64,000 bases of DNA from an uncultured delta proteobacterium (GTDB taxonomy: Bacteria; Desulfobacterota; Desulfuromonadia; Geobacterales; DSM-12255). The position numbers and the translations under genes are program-made. Numbering within the stretch: the first letter of the stretch is position 1; every line of letters begins with the position of its first letter. Location: contig CAWBBV010000006.1 in the NCBI GenBank assembly GCA_963787125.1, positions 1-64,000 of the forward strand. The letters run 5' to 3'. This document shows positions 48,982 to 59,122 of this stretch, in pieces. The notes under the pieces are model-generated. The model saw nothing but the letters and a program-made list of their open reading frames with translations. It was not told the DNA's origin and searched no databases.

Positions 48982-49640
48982 TGCCCCTTCTCCTTGAGAA
49001 TACTTTTCACTTCGGCGGCAAGCGCCAGAATCTCGGCATGGGCGACCCTGTCCAGCCACTCATCTACCGACAGACCTCTTGCCAGAGCCTCGCTATAGGC
49101 CACTCGATAGCTGAGACGGGCAGTCAGTTCCTTCAGCCCCAATTCTGTGCGGGCCGCCCCGCTCACCTCAAGCGCCTCCCGGGTGTTGCCCCGGTAGCGG
49201 TTCCAGACGATGCGGGCGTCGATATCAGCCCGGAATTCACGTGCCGCACTGATAGTCTTCAGCAGATCCTGCGTTGACCATATTTCCGCAGCACTGGCCC
49301 CCAGCGGAATAAGACTGAGTCTGCTCATGACAATGATAGCCCGGGTCATCTCGGCGATACGTGGTGGCGCATCTATAACAATGTAGTGGTGCGTCTTCGA
49401 GAGCTCCTGAGCCAAACTGACCAGTTCACGATAATCACCAGCGGTAGCGAGAGTGAGGTTGGCAGACGCCACTTCCGAGTTTCGCACAGCGTACCATGAA
49501 GCGCTTGTCCCCTGGGGGAGGTCACAGTCAATCAGTGCCGTCGGCTGTTTGAGTGAAAAAACAGCCGCCAGATTGGTTGCTATGGTTGACCGCCCTACCC
49601 CGCCCTTCACCTGGATGATGCCGACTATCTGCGCCATCAT
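48978..49640 (-). CDS. parA: ParA/ParF-family ATPase (short, type Ib)
   Basis: Deviant Walker A KGGVGRST, IDCDLPQG, Walker B IVIDAPP. Confidence 0.85.
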   Translation of the reverse strand: MMAQIVGIIQVKGGVGRSTIATNLAAVFSLKQPTALIDCDLPQGTSASWYAVRNSEVASANLTLATAGDYRELVSLAQELSKTHHYIVIDAPPRIAEMTRAIIVMSRLSLIPLGASAAEIWSTQDLLKTISAAREFRADIDARIVWNRYRGNTREALEVSGAARTELGLKELTARLSYRVAYSEALARGLSVDEWLDRVAHAEILALAAEVKSILKEKGQ

Positions 49641-49645
49641 CTCAC

Positions 49646-49807
49646 TCACATTTCGACCGGCTTGCAGAGGTAGTCGCTCTCTTTTGCCACCCGACCGCAT
49701 TTGCGGCAGATGAAGTGTGGCGGATTGACGAGCTCCTTCAGCTTTTCCAGGTCATCCCTGACTTCATCCTTCTCCCACTTGCAGATAGTTTTCATTCCTT
49801 TGGCCAT
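49646..49807 (-). CDS. 53-aa four-Cys small protein (not in the ORF track)
   Basis: AAGGAG SD; MAKGMKTICKWEKDEVRDDLEKLKELVNPPHFICRKCGRVAKESDYLCKPVEM. Confidence 0.75.
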   Translation of the reverse strand: MAKGMKTICKWEKDEVRDDLEKLKELVNPPHFICRKCGRVAKESDYLCKPVEM

Positions 49808-49879
49808 CGAACAACTCCTTTTTTACCTAAATCTGCAGAGCGAGTGATCCAGACTGATGTCGTCCATGGATGAACGGCA

Positions 49880-50779
49880 TCAATATGCCTCGGGGATAAA
49901 CTTGAACGGGTAGTCGGGCGACTGATACTTTTTACCTATCTGCCGCTTTGGCAATTTCACTTTTTCCCGCGGCGCCTCCTTGTACGGGATCTTGCTGAGC
50001 AGGTGAGAGATGATATTGAGTCGCACTTTCTTCTTGTCCTCGGAGTTAGCCACATACCAGGGTGCCCAGGAGGTATCGGACGCCACAAACATTTCGTCGC
50101 GCGCCTTTGTATAGTCGTCCCAGTGAGTATAAGAGGCAACGTCCATGGGGGAAAGCTTCCAGATCTTGCGACCGTCGTCGATACGGCCTGACAAGCGTCT
50201 CGTCTGTTCCTCAGGACTTACTTCGAGCCAGTATTTGAGGAGAATGATGCCGGATTCGACCACCAGTTTCTCGAAATGAGGCACGAGTTCCAGAAAGCGT
50301 GTCGTCTCTTTCTCCGTGCAGAAACCCATAACCCGCTCCACCCCGGCCCGGTTGTACCAGCTGCGATCAAAGATGACCACCTCGCCGGCTGCCGGCAGGT
50401 AGGGCATGTAGCGTTGGGAATACATCTGTGTTTTTTCCCGCTCGTTAGGTGCCTGCAGGGCGATTACCCGGAATGTCCGCGGGCTGACCCGCTCGGTGAT
50501 CGCCTTGATGGTCCCCCCCTTGCCGGCGCCGTCACGCCCCTCGAAAACAACACAGACCTTAAGCCCTTTGAGTTTGACCCACTCCTGCAGCTTGACCAGC
50601 TCCACATGCAGTTTGGCCATCTCCTTCTCGTAGGACTTTTTCTTGGACTTTTTACTCGGCTTCTCTCCTGTTGCGTCAACAGCGGTCGCAGCGACACTGT
50701 CGATATTCAATTCCTTAACGGACACTTCAGCCGGTTTCTTTGCTTTTTTCTTTTTTTTATCTTTCTTCTCTGCACTCAT
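49880..50779 (-). CDS. ppk2: Polyphosphate kinase 2
   Basis: FEGRDGAGKGG, FDRSWYNRAGVERVMG, WKLSPMD. Confidence 0.95.
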   Translation of the reverse strand: MSAEKKDKKKKKAKKPAEVSVKELNIDSVAATAVDATGEKPSKKSKKKSYEKEMAKLHVELVKLQEWVKLKGLKVCVVFEGRDGAGKGGTIKAITERVSPRTFRVIALQAPNEREKTQMYSQRYMPYLPAAGEVVIFDRSWYNRAGVERVMGFCTEKETTRFLELVPHFEKLVVESGIILLKYWLEVSPEEQTRRLSGRIDDGRKIWKLSPMDVASYTHWDDYTKARDEMFVASDTSWAPWYVANSEDKKKVRLNIISHLLSKIPYKEAPREKVKLPKRQIGKKYQSPDYPFKFIPEAY

Positions 50780-50808
50780 GATCAAACTCCTTTTTTCGTT
50801 TTAGACAG

Positions 50809-52479
50809 CTATATGCCGTATTCTTTCTGATACTTCTCAACCGCCTGTTCAATAGTGAAGAACATCCGCTCCCGGCCCAACCGCTCCCAGAGTAATGAAT
50901 GCTGAACAACCGTCAGAACCAAAGGATTCATTGCCACCAGCCAGAGCATGGTCCCTTCCTCGCGCATTTCCTCCTCACCGTCAGTCAGCATCCTCAAAGC
51001 TGTGTATTCCAGGCTGGGCACCGCACTTAAATCAAGAACCAGCACTTTCGGCGCTGACTCGCGCATCAGTGCCCGTATCTTCTGACCAAGACGCGGTGCG
51101 TTGCCAAAGTATACCGCACCTTCAGGCCGAAGCAACAGCATGCCGGGGAATGTTTCGTCTTCCGGGTGTTCCGGCGAGAGAGGCCGGAACACATTGGTGC
51201 CGGGCTTGCGCCCGAGGACCAGAATGGGGTAGAGGTTGGCACGGATGATGAGCGCCAAGAGCGATATCAGCACCGCCACCAGAATTCCCTGCAAAGTGCC
51301 GAGCAGCAGCACGCCTGCCACGGCAGTGAGAGCCCAGCGAAACTCTATGGAGCGGATTTTCAGAATGGCACGAAACTCTGCCGGGCTGATCAAACCGACA
51401 CTGGCGATAACAACAACGGCAGCCAGAGTTGGATGCGGCATAAGGCCGAAAAGCGGGGCAAGGAAAAGGAGTGTGGCCACGACAACCGCAGCATTCACCA
51501 GCCCTGCCACCTGGCTGCGCGCGCCGGCGCTGTTGTTGACTGCCGTCTGCGATGTCCCGCCGCCAGCCGGCATGATATGGAAGAGACTGCCGACAAGGTT
51601 TGCCATACCGGTTGCCACCAGTTCACGATTCGCGTCAGGAACCGTGTCGCCGCGCCTGATGAACGCCCGGCCCGCAGCTGCTGTTTCGACGAAACTCATC
51701 AGGGCAATACCCAGGGCTGCCGGCCAGAGCTGCTCCACCAGGGAAAGATCGGGAAGAGCAAAGGAGGGCAAGCCGGCTGCGACCTTCCCCACCAGGGCAA
51801 TACCGAACCTGTCAAGCCCGACCAGGGCTGAAACGGCAATACCGGCAGCCACAGTAACCAGCGGTGCCGGCACCTTCGGTGCAAAATGCTCCAGGCCGAG
51901 CATCAGTGCCAGCATTGCCAGAGCCAGCAACAGGGTCGGCAGTGACGTTTCCGGCAGATGCTGCCCGATTGAGAAAATATCCCGGAAGAAACCGGCCTTA
52001 GTGATATGTATCCCCAGGAGTTTGGGTAACTGATCCAGAACGATGATCACACCGATGCCCGCCTTGAACCCGGTGAGCACCGGATCGGAGATCAGATTGG
52101 CAACCACGCCGAGGCGAAACAGGCCGGACAGCAGCAGAAATGCCCCGGTGAGGAGCGACAGCGTGGCAGCCGCCGCAATCAGTGCGGCGGGGTCACCGCC
52201 CGCCGCAACCTGGCCAATGGCACCTGCCGAAAGTATGGCAATTGTCGAAGTGGAGGTGACACTAAGAGGCCGCGATGTCCCCATAATGGCGTACACCACC
52301 AGGGGGATAAGGGACGTGTAGAGACCGACTACCAAGGGGAGACCGGCAATAGCGGCGTAAGCCATTGCCTTGGGGATAACCACCGCCGAAGCTGTTAATC
52401 CTGCGACAAGGTCATAACGGAGCCATTCCTTCTGATAGGACGGCAACCAATTGAGTATGGGAAATATTTTTTTGAACAT
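50809..52479 (-). CDS. SulP/SLC26 anion transporter with STAS domain
   Basis: DLVAGLT..PKAMAYA..GLY; DANRELVA; STAS YFGNA and LDLSAV. Confidence 0.93.
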   Translation of the reverse strand: MFKKIFPILNWLPSYQKEWLRYDLVAGLTASAVVIPKAMAYAAIAGLPLVVGLYTSLIPLVVYAIMGTSRPLSVTSTSTIAILSAGAIGQVAAGGDPAALIAAAATLSLLTGAFLLLSGLFRLGVVANLISDPVLTGFKAGIGVIIVLDQLPKLLGIHITKAGFFRDIFSIGQHLPETSLPTLLLALAMLALMLGLEHFAPKVPAPLVTVAAGIAVSALVGLDRFGIALVGKVAAGLPSFALPDLSLVEQLWPAALGIALMSFVETAAAGRAFIRRGDTVPDANRELVATGMANLVGSLFHIMPAGGGTSQTAVNNSAGARSQVAGLVNAAVVVATLLFLAPLFGLMPHPTLAAVVVIASVGLISPAEFRAILKIRSIEFRWALTAVAGVLLLGTLQGILVAVLISLLALIIRANLYPILVLGRKPGTNVFRPLSPEHPEDETFPGMLLLRPEGAVYFGNAPRLGQKIRALMRESAPKVLVLDLSAVPSLEYTALRMLTDGEEEMREEGTMLWLVAMNPLVLTVVQHSLLWERLGRERMFFTIEQAVEKYQKEYGI

Positions 52480-52619
52480 GGTCAGTAATACCTCCCTGAT
52501 CCGGCAACTGCTCCAACTACTGTCATGGCTTGAGCCGGATAATTTTTCACTGTGTCAGACCTGATGATTCATTTGACCTTGATAATGCCTTCTCGACAGA
52601 TCGCACGTGGCGGTGGTCC

Positions 52620-54023
52620 TCAACCAGTAACGAAAAGTACCCACGGTGTACCAATCAGCAGGAACACCGCCATGAAGGCAAGGGTGGTAATGAGCCCCAT
52701 TTTGTAGAGCTCACGCTGAGTGAGATAGCCGCTCGCCGCAAAGATGATGTTCTGGCTGCCACCCTGAGGTGTAATCACCGAGAAATAGCTGCTCGCGAAG
52801 AGCAGTCCGAAGGCCATCAGCGGCGCCGGCACCCCGCCGCGCACACCCACGTCAAGGAAGACGCCGAGCAGCGCCAGCACCTGCGAAGACTGACTGACAA
52901 ACATGTAGTGGATGGCAACATAGAGGGCAACCAGGGTGACATAGAGCGTCAGCCAGGACATACCGCCCAGATGCGAGGCGAGGCGCTCTCCTGCGTAACC
53001 CATAAAGCCGAGCTCGTTCAGTTGGCCGCTCAGGGCGAAAAGAACTGCCAGCCAGAGAAAGGTCGCCAGCGTGTCACCCTGCTTGGCAATGTCATCCATC
53101 GTCAGCACGCCAGCCAGCAGCAGCACACCAAAACCCAGGAAGGCAATGCTGGTCACGTTCAGTTTCAGGCTGTCCGCAAACACCCAACCGGCGACCATTA
53201 CCACGAACGTCACCGCCGTAATCCACTCGTCTCGAGACATCGGCCCCATGCCGGCGATTTCCGCGCGCGCCGCCAGCGGTGCCTCGGGTGTAGCGCCGAC
53301 ACCGGGCGGAAAGAGCCTGGCGACAAACAGGGGCAGAAGAGCGATGGCGATAAGCGCCGGAACGCTGGCGGTAAGAAACCAGGAGCCGAAACTGATCTGC
53401 AGCCCGGATTGCCGCGCGATCTGCACGCCAATGGGGTTAGCCGAGGTCGCCGTCATCCAGAGGGCAGAGGAGACCGCCAGGCTTGCCATGGTGCAGAACA
53501 TGAGATAGCCGCCAAGGCGTCGCCCCTCGGGGCTGTCGGGTTCGGAGCCCGCCCCCTTTGCCACTGACAGCACGATCGGGTAGAGCACACCACCGCGCGC
53601 CGTGTTGCTGGGAAAAGCCGGGGCAATGGCGGCATCGGTCAACACGATGCTGTAGGCAAGACCGATGGAAGAGCCACCGAAGTGGCTCACCATGAAAAGG
53701 CTGATGCGGCGGCCCAGCCCCGATTTCACCACCGCCTGGGCGACAATAAAGGCGATGATTACCAGCAGCACGCTCGAATTGGCAAAGCCGGAAAAGGCCT
53801 GCGCCGGGGTGATCGTTCCGGACAGGACAACTGTTCCCGCGGCGATCATAGCTGCCGTAAGGAGCGGGAAAGCGCCCAGCAGTACGGAAGCGATGGCGGC
53901 GACGAAGACCGCGAACAGGTGCCACGCAGGCGCCGTAAGGCCTGCCGGCACGGGGCTGAACCAGATGGCAAGAGCAATCGCAAAGGGCGCCGTACGTTTC
54001 AGGAGCAGACCAGGTATGATCAT
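52620..54023 (-). CDS. DASS-family divalent anion (dicarboxylate/sulfate) transporter
   Basis: KSGLGRRI, PSNTARGG, MTATSAN, HYMFVS, GY...E..K.G. Confidence 0.92.
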   Translation of the reverse strand: MIIPGLLLKRTAPFAIALAIWFSPVPAGLTAPAWHLFAVFVAAIASVLLGAFPLLTAAMIAAGTVVLSGTITPAQAFSGFANSSVLLVIIAFIVAQAVVKSGLGRRISLFMVSHFGGSSIGLAYSIVLTDAAIAPAFPSNTARGGVLYPIVLSVAKGAGSEPDSPEGRRLGGYLMFCTMASLAVSSALWMTATSANPIGVQIARQSGLQISFGSWFLTASVPALIAIALLPLFVARLFPPGVGATPEAPLAARAEIAGMGPMSRDEWITAVTFVVMVAGWVFADSLKLNVTSIAFLGFGVLLLAGVLTMDDIAKQGDTLATFLWLAVLFALSGQLNELGFMGYAGERLASHLGGMSWLTLYVTLVALYVAIHYMFVSQSSQVLALLGVFLDVGVRGGVPAPLMAFGLLFASSYFSVITPQGGSQNIIFAASGYLTQRELYKMGLITTLAFMAVFLLIGTPWVLFVTG

Positions 54024-54616
54024 GGCCGCGCACCTCCTGCAGTAGGTTGACCGGGCCGAACGCGACCCTTGAGGCCAACAGCGCGACCCTGAACAGAGCC
54101 GTCCTCCGCCTCGATCATGAACTGCCAGGAGAATTCATAGGCACCGGTCACGCCGGCATAGCGGCCGGTGCCGCCCAGTATGGTCCCGGTGATGTGGTTT
54201 TTCGCCGCGGTGCCTTCCCCCTTGAGCTCGCTGAATACCTGGTCGCCCCGCTCGTCTGTCCAGACGCTACGGCCCTGAAGTCCAGTAGCGCTATCATTGA
54301 GCGCAATCACTTCCGAGCGGAAACCAACGCCGGGGCGTCCGGTGCCCGCAAGCAGCATCGACCCCTTCAAATCTATAATTGAACCGCGGCGATCTGCACC
54401 CAGGGGAATGGTGTGGCGGCTGCCGGCGGCGTTCCAGGAGCCTTCGAATTCCCGCCAACCACTGCTGTCCGCCTGGGGCTTCGCCGGTTCTGCAACCGGA
54501 CTGCATGCGGCCATGGCAAGCGCCAGGGCAACCAGCACCAATCGCCACCAAACGCTCCAAATCGAAGAGCGCTTCGTAATGCGTTCAGGCCGCTGCAATC
54601 GTATGAAAAAGTCCAC
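54020..54616 (-). CDS. Exported beta-barrel lipoprotein (dirigent/allene-oxide-cyclase-like motif)
   Basis: Lipobox MAAC; ILGGTGRYAGVTG; paralog of 63110..63619; start codon uncertain. Confidence 0.6.
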   Translation of the reverse strand: MDFFIRLQRPERITKRSSIWSVWWRLVLVALALAMAACSPVAEPAKPQADSSGWREFEGSWNAAGSRHTIPLGADRRGSIIDLKGSMLLAGTGRPGVGFRSEVIALNDSATGLQGRSVWTDERGDQVFSELKGEGTAAKNHITGTILGGTGRYAGVTGAYEFSWQFMIEAEDGSVQGRAVGLKGRVRPGQPTAGGARP

Positions 54617-54649
54617 GCTTCCTCCATATAAATAATTAGAAGTGGCAAA

Positions 54650-54697
54650 GACATCACATCTCCCCCAGTTGCAATAAAAACGGGGAGATGCGATGTC
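54650..54697. terminator. Stem-loop downstream of the VWA-OmpA gene
   Basis: GACATCACATCTCCCC...GGGGAGATGCGATGTC. Confidence 0.5.
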
Positions 54698-54732
54698 AAC
54701 GTGGCAGCCTGACCTCTATGCTTCTTACCTGC

Positions 54733-55983
54733 TTATTTTTCCAAACCAAACACTTCGATCTCTACCCGGCGATTTTGGGCCCGGCCTTCCTGCGTTCTGT
54801 TATCAAATATTGGCCTGCTCAGGCCTTCGCCAACAACTTCCATTTTCACTGTGACACCAATGCTTTTCAGGTAAGCGCTCACGGCCTCGGCACGCTTCTG
54901 TGACAGCTTCATATTGTAATCGGCTTTTCCGATATTATCGGTGTGACCGGTAATTCTGATCTTGTCGGCACGACTAAGACCCGACTTTGCATCTTCGCGA
55001 TATGCCTTGATTTGCTCTTTTCCTGAAGGCTTCAGATCAGCCTTGTCAAAATCAAACAGCGCTACCTCCGGAAATATCATGACAACTGGTTGCGGAACAT
55101 GTGGGGGAATGAATACGTAGTTGAGGATATAAGAGTAGTCAAGGGTTGTTGCGACATTTTCCCAAATCGGAGTCAGCTCAACTTTTGATTTGGTCTTCCA
55201 GACCTTACCGCGGTTTTCGGTTGCAAATGCTGTCAGGAATTTGTCCGTATCAGGACCTTTCATATAGTCGATGGTGTAGGCGTTGAACTTGCCTACCTTC
55301 TTTGCCGCATTGACGACGTCTTCGCTCTTGACTTTGCTGTTCAGATCTTCGCCATCGGAAAAAACTATCATGATGCGAGGGTTTGTAGCCGGCGACTTGC
55401 CAACGATATCAAGTCCGGCCAGCATCGCCTCATAGAGCGTAGTTTTAGCTGTAATGCCTTGATTGCTGTAGGCTTTCTTGGCGAACGCCCGCAGTTTGCT
55501 GGTATCGCTGGATTTGAACGTCTGTACCCGGAGATCGCGGCCACCCACCTTGGTGGTGAGTTTTTTGTCGAAGACCACCATAGACACCGTATCAATCGGA
55601 CGGACAACCTTCAAAACCTTGTCGACGCCGGCCAGGAGTGCTTTGACAGAGTCGCTTTCTTCCATTGAGAAAGAGTTGTCCAGCACCATGACGATGTTGA
55701 CCGGCACATCCTTGGTCTCAGCAACCGACATCACCGAGACGACTTTACCCTTCAGATCTCCCTTGCTCACGGTGAAATCATCGGCCCCCAGGCCGAGCAG
55801 TGGCTGCTTTGCCGCGTCATCAACACTCACCAGAGCCCTGCCTTCTTTAATGATCCGGTCTACGGTGACCGTTACGCCGGCCTTGGTAGTACCGATCGTC
55901 ACATCGCTACCGGTTGCAGCGAAGACAGTTCCACCCATTACAAGGGCACACATCAAAATGCTCAGACGAATAACACTCTTCAT
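54733..55983 (-). CDS. VWA domain plus OmpA C-terminal peptidoglycan-binding protein
   Basis: MIDAS DNSFSM, T.LYEA, SDGED; OmpA GHTDNIG...LSQKRA...NRRVE. Confidence 0.9.
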   Translation of the reverse strand: MKSVIRLSILMCALVMGGTVFAATGSDVTIGTTKAGVTVTVDRIIKEGRALVSVDDAAKQPLLGLGADDFTVSKGDLKGKVVSVMSVAETKDVPVNIVMVLDNSFSMEESDSVKALLAGVDKVLKVVRPIDTVSMVVFDKKLTTKVGGRDLRVQTFKSSDTSKLRAFAKKAYSNQGITAKTTLYEAMLAGLDIVGKSPATNPRIMIVFSDGEDLNSKVKSEDVVNAAKKVGKFNAYTIDYMKGPDTDKFLTAFATENRGKVWKTKSKVELTPIWENVATTLDYSYILNYVFIPPHVPQPVVMIFPEVALFDFDKADLKPSGKEQIKAYREDAKSGLSRADKIRITGHTDNIGKADYNMKLSQKRAEAVSAYLKSIGVTVKMEVVGEGLSRPIFDNRTQEGRAQNRRVEIEVFGLEK

Positions 55984-56071
55984 AATCAATTCCTCCTGGT
56001 TTTTTTACCGAGCAATGCAGCTCAGTTTACTACTCTTCAAACTTTCAGCTCTCCCCTCTTTCCGCGCATGG

Positions 56072-56632
56072 TCACGGCTTGAGCTTGGTAATCTTGGAAC
56101 CCTGGATACCGAGACCGGCCATCAGACCCTTTTGGCTAAAGATGAAGGCATAGACGTCGTCCTTGGCAGTAGTGGTTGTCAACGACTTGGCAGCACCTTC
56201 GTCCACAACGACTATAGTCGGTCCGACCCCCACTTCCCAGCCGTCGCTCTTATCCATATAGGCACGCGCAGAGTCTGTCATCAGGAACATGGCATAGCCG
56301 AACTCCTGCACACCGACCTGGAGACCGTAGGATGCTGCCGCGATGTTGTAATAAGCCACGGCTTTGCCGTCCACCAACAGAGCGCCATTGCCGCCCTGAC
56401 CGCCGATAATCAAGCCGGCCTTCAGAATGCTGGGGAAGACCAGGACTGCTTTTGCTTTTTCTCCGAGGGTCTTGGCTGCTGTAGTCGTATCATACAGTTT
56501 TGCGAGAGCTGCTTGCGAATCACGCTCGATTGCCGCCGTGTCAGCCGCCAGAGCGGGACGCGGAGCGGTCAGAAACAGTGTGATGACCAGAGCGAGAAGC
56601 AGTGTCGAAATGGTTCTGAACCGTTTAATCAT
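56072..56632 (-). CDS. YSC84/SYLF-related lipid-binding exported protein
   Basis: AVLVFP..KAG..IGG..G.G, S.GLQ.G, KGLMAG...GSKIT. Confidence 0.85.
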   Translation of the reverse strand: MIKRFRTISTLLLALVITLFLTAPRPALAADTAAIERDSQAALAKLYDTTTAAKTLGEKAKAVLVFPSILKAGLIIGGQGGNGALLVDGKAVAYYNIAAASYGLQVGVQEFGYAMFLMTDSARAYMDKSDGWEVGVGPTIVVVDEGAAKSLTTTTAKDDVYAFIFSQKGLMAGLGIQGSKITKLKP

Positions 56633-56763
56633 CTGTTGATTCCTCCTTTCGTACGGTGGGATGCGGGTAAATGCCGTTGCTTGACAAATCTTGCAATCCT
56701 TCTGGGGTGGCCCTTATCACTACGGATATCTCCCCGAAATCCGCACAGAAGAAGACATCTGGT

Positions 56764-57615
56764 TTATTTTTTCGTCACCTTTGTATGGTCACCATGACAC
56801 AGTTTACATTCCATATGCCCCTGCTGCTGATTCATGCCCTCTTTCGAGTGCGACATATCAGCCGGGCCATGGCAGCTCACGCAATACGCAGCCTCTTTGG
56901 AAGGTTCCCATAGCGGCGGTGTCCACTTGCCGTCGAAGTATTCATTGAGAGCTTTGACCGTGATGTAGACTACTTCACCGGATACCTTGGCGCAGCGTTC
57001 CTTCTTCTCTTTCGAGGTTACCTCAGCACCTGCTGCCAGTGTCCAACTCGAAACCGAGGTGTGACAAAGCGGCGACTTAGCCGTGACCTTGATCTGATTC
57101 GGAACTTTTGAATTATCGTCAAACATGGTACTCGGGAAATCCTGCTTGGCATACCAGTAGTAGAGCCGGTCGATCAACTGGGTGTACATCGGGTCCTTGG
57201 CATCCTTGTAGGCCACCAGGTTGATGATCAAAGAGGTTCCGCCGAGGGCGCCGCAGAGCGTGCCGTGACCGGCGTAACCGGCCGCGCCGTGCATCATCAT
57301 CCGGTCGGGCAGCGTGGTCCAGGGATAACCGACCTTCTCGCGCAGCATGCTGAGCAGGGCAAAATAGGTCGTGTGACCACAGCCGCCATCAAAGTAATTG
57401 CGATAGGCTCTCTGGCCAGCTTCCAGGGGATCAAGCTTGACCCATTTCCAGGGAAGTGGCGGCGCCGCGGGAGCTGGATCAGCGGTTTTGGCCTGACCCG
57501 AGGCAGCATAGGTGAGCACGGCGCCACCTACGGCACCGCCGACCAAAAGAGAAGTTGATTTAGTCAGAAATCCCCGGCGTGAACAGCTGTTTTCTTCAGA
57601 ATCATTAGAATGCAT
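56764..57615 (-). CDS. Split-Soret cytochrome c-like protein (C-GCAxxG-C-C family), Tat-exported
   Basis: Tat motif SRRGFL; GGC, GTLCGALGG, LCH.SV, ERC; two CxxCH motifs (CVSCH, CKLCH). Confidence 0.85.
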   Translation of the reverse strand: MHSNDSEENSCSRRGFLTKSTSLLVGGAVGGAVLTYAASGQAKTADPAPAAPPLPWKWVKLDPLEAGQRAYRNYFDGGCGHTTYFALLSMLREKVGYPWTTLPDRMMMHGAAGYAGHGTLCGALGGTSLIINLVAYKDAKDPMYTQLIDRLYYWYAKQDFPSTMFDDNSKVPNQIKVTAKSPLCHTSVSSWTLAAGAEVTSKEKKERCAKVSGEVVYITVKALNEYFDGKWTPPLWEPSKEAAYCVSCHGPADMSHSKEGMNQQQGHMECKLCHGDHTKVTKK

Positions 57616-57657
57616 ATTTCACTCCTGTAATGGTTGATTGAATTATGGCAACGTAGA

Positions 57658-58944
57658 CTACATGGCTCTCGGCTGCCCGGTGGAGGCGAGCACACTGCTC
57701 CAGAGCCAACCATCGGGAGCGATTTTCTTTCTGATGCTGGTCGCCAGGGAAATAGGCACATGGGTAAACTGATGGTTCCAGAAACCGACTACCATATCGG
57801 TTCTTCCCGTCATCCCCGCATGCACTGCATTGTGCCCCAGCAACAGACAGAGACCGGAGTCATGAGGATTGGCCGGCTGACTGCGAATTATGTAGCTGGG
57901 GTCGATGTATTTGAGATTGCACTCTGTCCCGCTACTGGTAAAACGCCCCTTGATGACATCACGCAGGTATGTGCCGATATCGCCGAGCTTGGCATTTCCC
58001 GAAGCATCGCGCTCCGCCGAGGCTGCCAGCAACTCCTGCCCCGCACCCTCAGCCACCACGATCACTGCATGACCGCGTTGCTGGAGCCGCTCACCCAAAG
58101 AGCGCAGCAGGCCGTCAAGAGTGAAGGGAGACTCAGGAATCAGACAGAAATTAACCTGGCTGTCAATCAGGGATGCAAAGGCGGCGATGAAGCCGGAGTC
58201 GCGCCCCATAAGCTTTACCAGACCGATGCCGTTGCGCGCGCCGGTGGCCTCGGTGTGCGCTGCGTAGATGGCGCGATGGGCTTCGGCCACGGCAGTCTCG
58301 AAACCGAAAGTTTTCTGGACATAAGAGATGTCGTTATCAATGGTCTTGGGGATGCCGATGACGCTGAGCTGGTAGCCCTGCCGGCGTGCCTCAGCCGCAA
58401 TGGCAGCAGCTCCCTTGAGGGTGCCGTCGCCGCCGATGGCAAAGAGAATGCCGATGCCCAGTTCTTTCAAGTAGTCCACCATCTCGGCAGGATCCTGCGG
58501 TCCCCGGGAGGAGGCGAGAATCGTCCCCCCCAGTTCGCTGATCTGGCTCACTGAAGCCGGAGTCAGTTCAAGGGGAGCAAAGCCGAGTCGCTTCACCAGC
58601 CCTTCATAGCCGTAGCGGAAACCGTAGATTTTACCTACACCGTAGTGATGGTTGAGGCTCAGCACCACGGCGCGGATCACGTCGTTAATTCCTGGGCAAA
58701 GGCCTCCGCAGGTAACAATGCCGCAGGCAATAGTCGTCGGGTCAAAGAATATCCTGTCCCGCGGGCCGGCCAACTCCAGTGACGGCGGCTCCTCTCCAGC
58801 GGCCAGATACGGCTTGATCTCCTCAAAGCGCGAGTGATACATAATCCGTTCCCCGGCAGCGATAAAGCGTCCTTCAAGCATCGGTGAAGGGAAGCGACAC
58901 TCGCCAAGGTTCTCAATATTGAAATCGATCTTCTGTGTGGTCAT
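57658..58944 (-). CDS. pfkA: ATP-dependent 6-phosphofructokinase
   Basis: TCGGLCPG, GGDGT, PKTIDND, MGRDSG, YIDPSY. Confidence 0.93.
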   Translation of the reverse strand: MTTQKIDFNIENLGECRFPSPMLEGRFIAAGERIMYHSRFEEIKPYLAAGEEPPSLELAGPRDRIFFDPTTIACGIVTCGGLCPGINDVIRAVVLSLNHHYGVGKIYGFRYGYEGLVKRLGFAPLELTPASVSQISELGGTILASSRGPQDPAEMVDYLKELGIGILFAIGGDGTLKGAAAIAAEARRQGYQLSVIGIPKTIDNDISYVQKTFGFETAVAEAHRAIYAAHTEATGARNGIGLVKLMGRDSGFIAAFASLIDSQVNFCLIPESPFTLDGLLRSLGERLQQRGHAVIVVAEGAGQELLAASAERDASGNAKLGDIGTYLRDVIKGRFTSSGTECNLKYIDPSYIIRSQPANPHDSGLCLLLGHNAVHAGMTGRTDMVVGFWNHQFTHVPISLATSIRKKIAPDGWLWSSVLASTGQPRAM

Positions 58945-59122
58945 GGCAGTGAACCTACCCTATATAACTCTGTCTACTCTCTTGTAAGTTGCTTCAACAC
59001 GTAAACAAGACTCACAAGGTAGTCACTTAAAAAATGTGTTTTTACCGGTGAATGGAGGCGGCACTCTCAAGGCTCCTGAAATCCAGTTCTAACCCCGTCA
59101 TACCGCCTCCCGCAATCTACCT

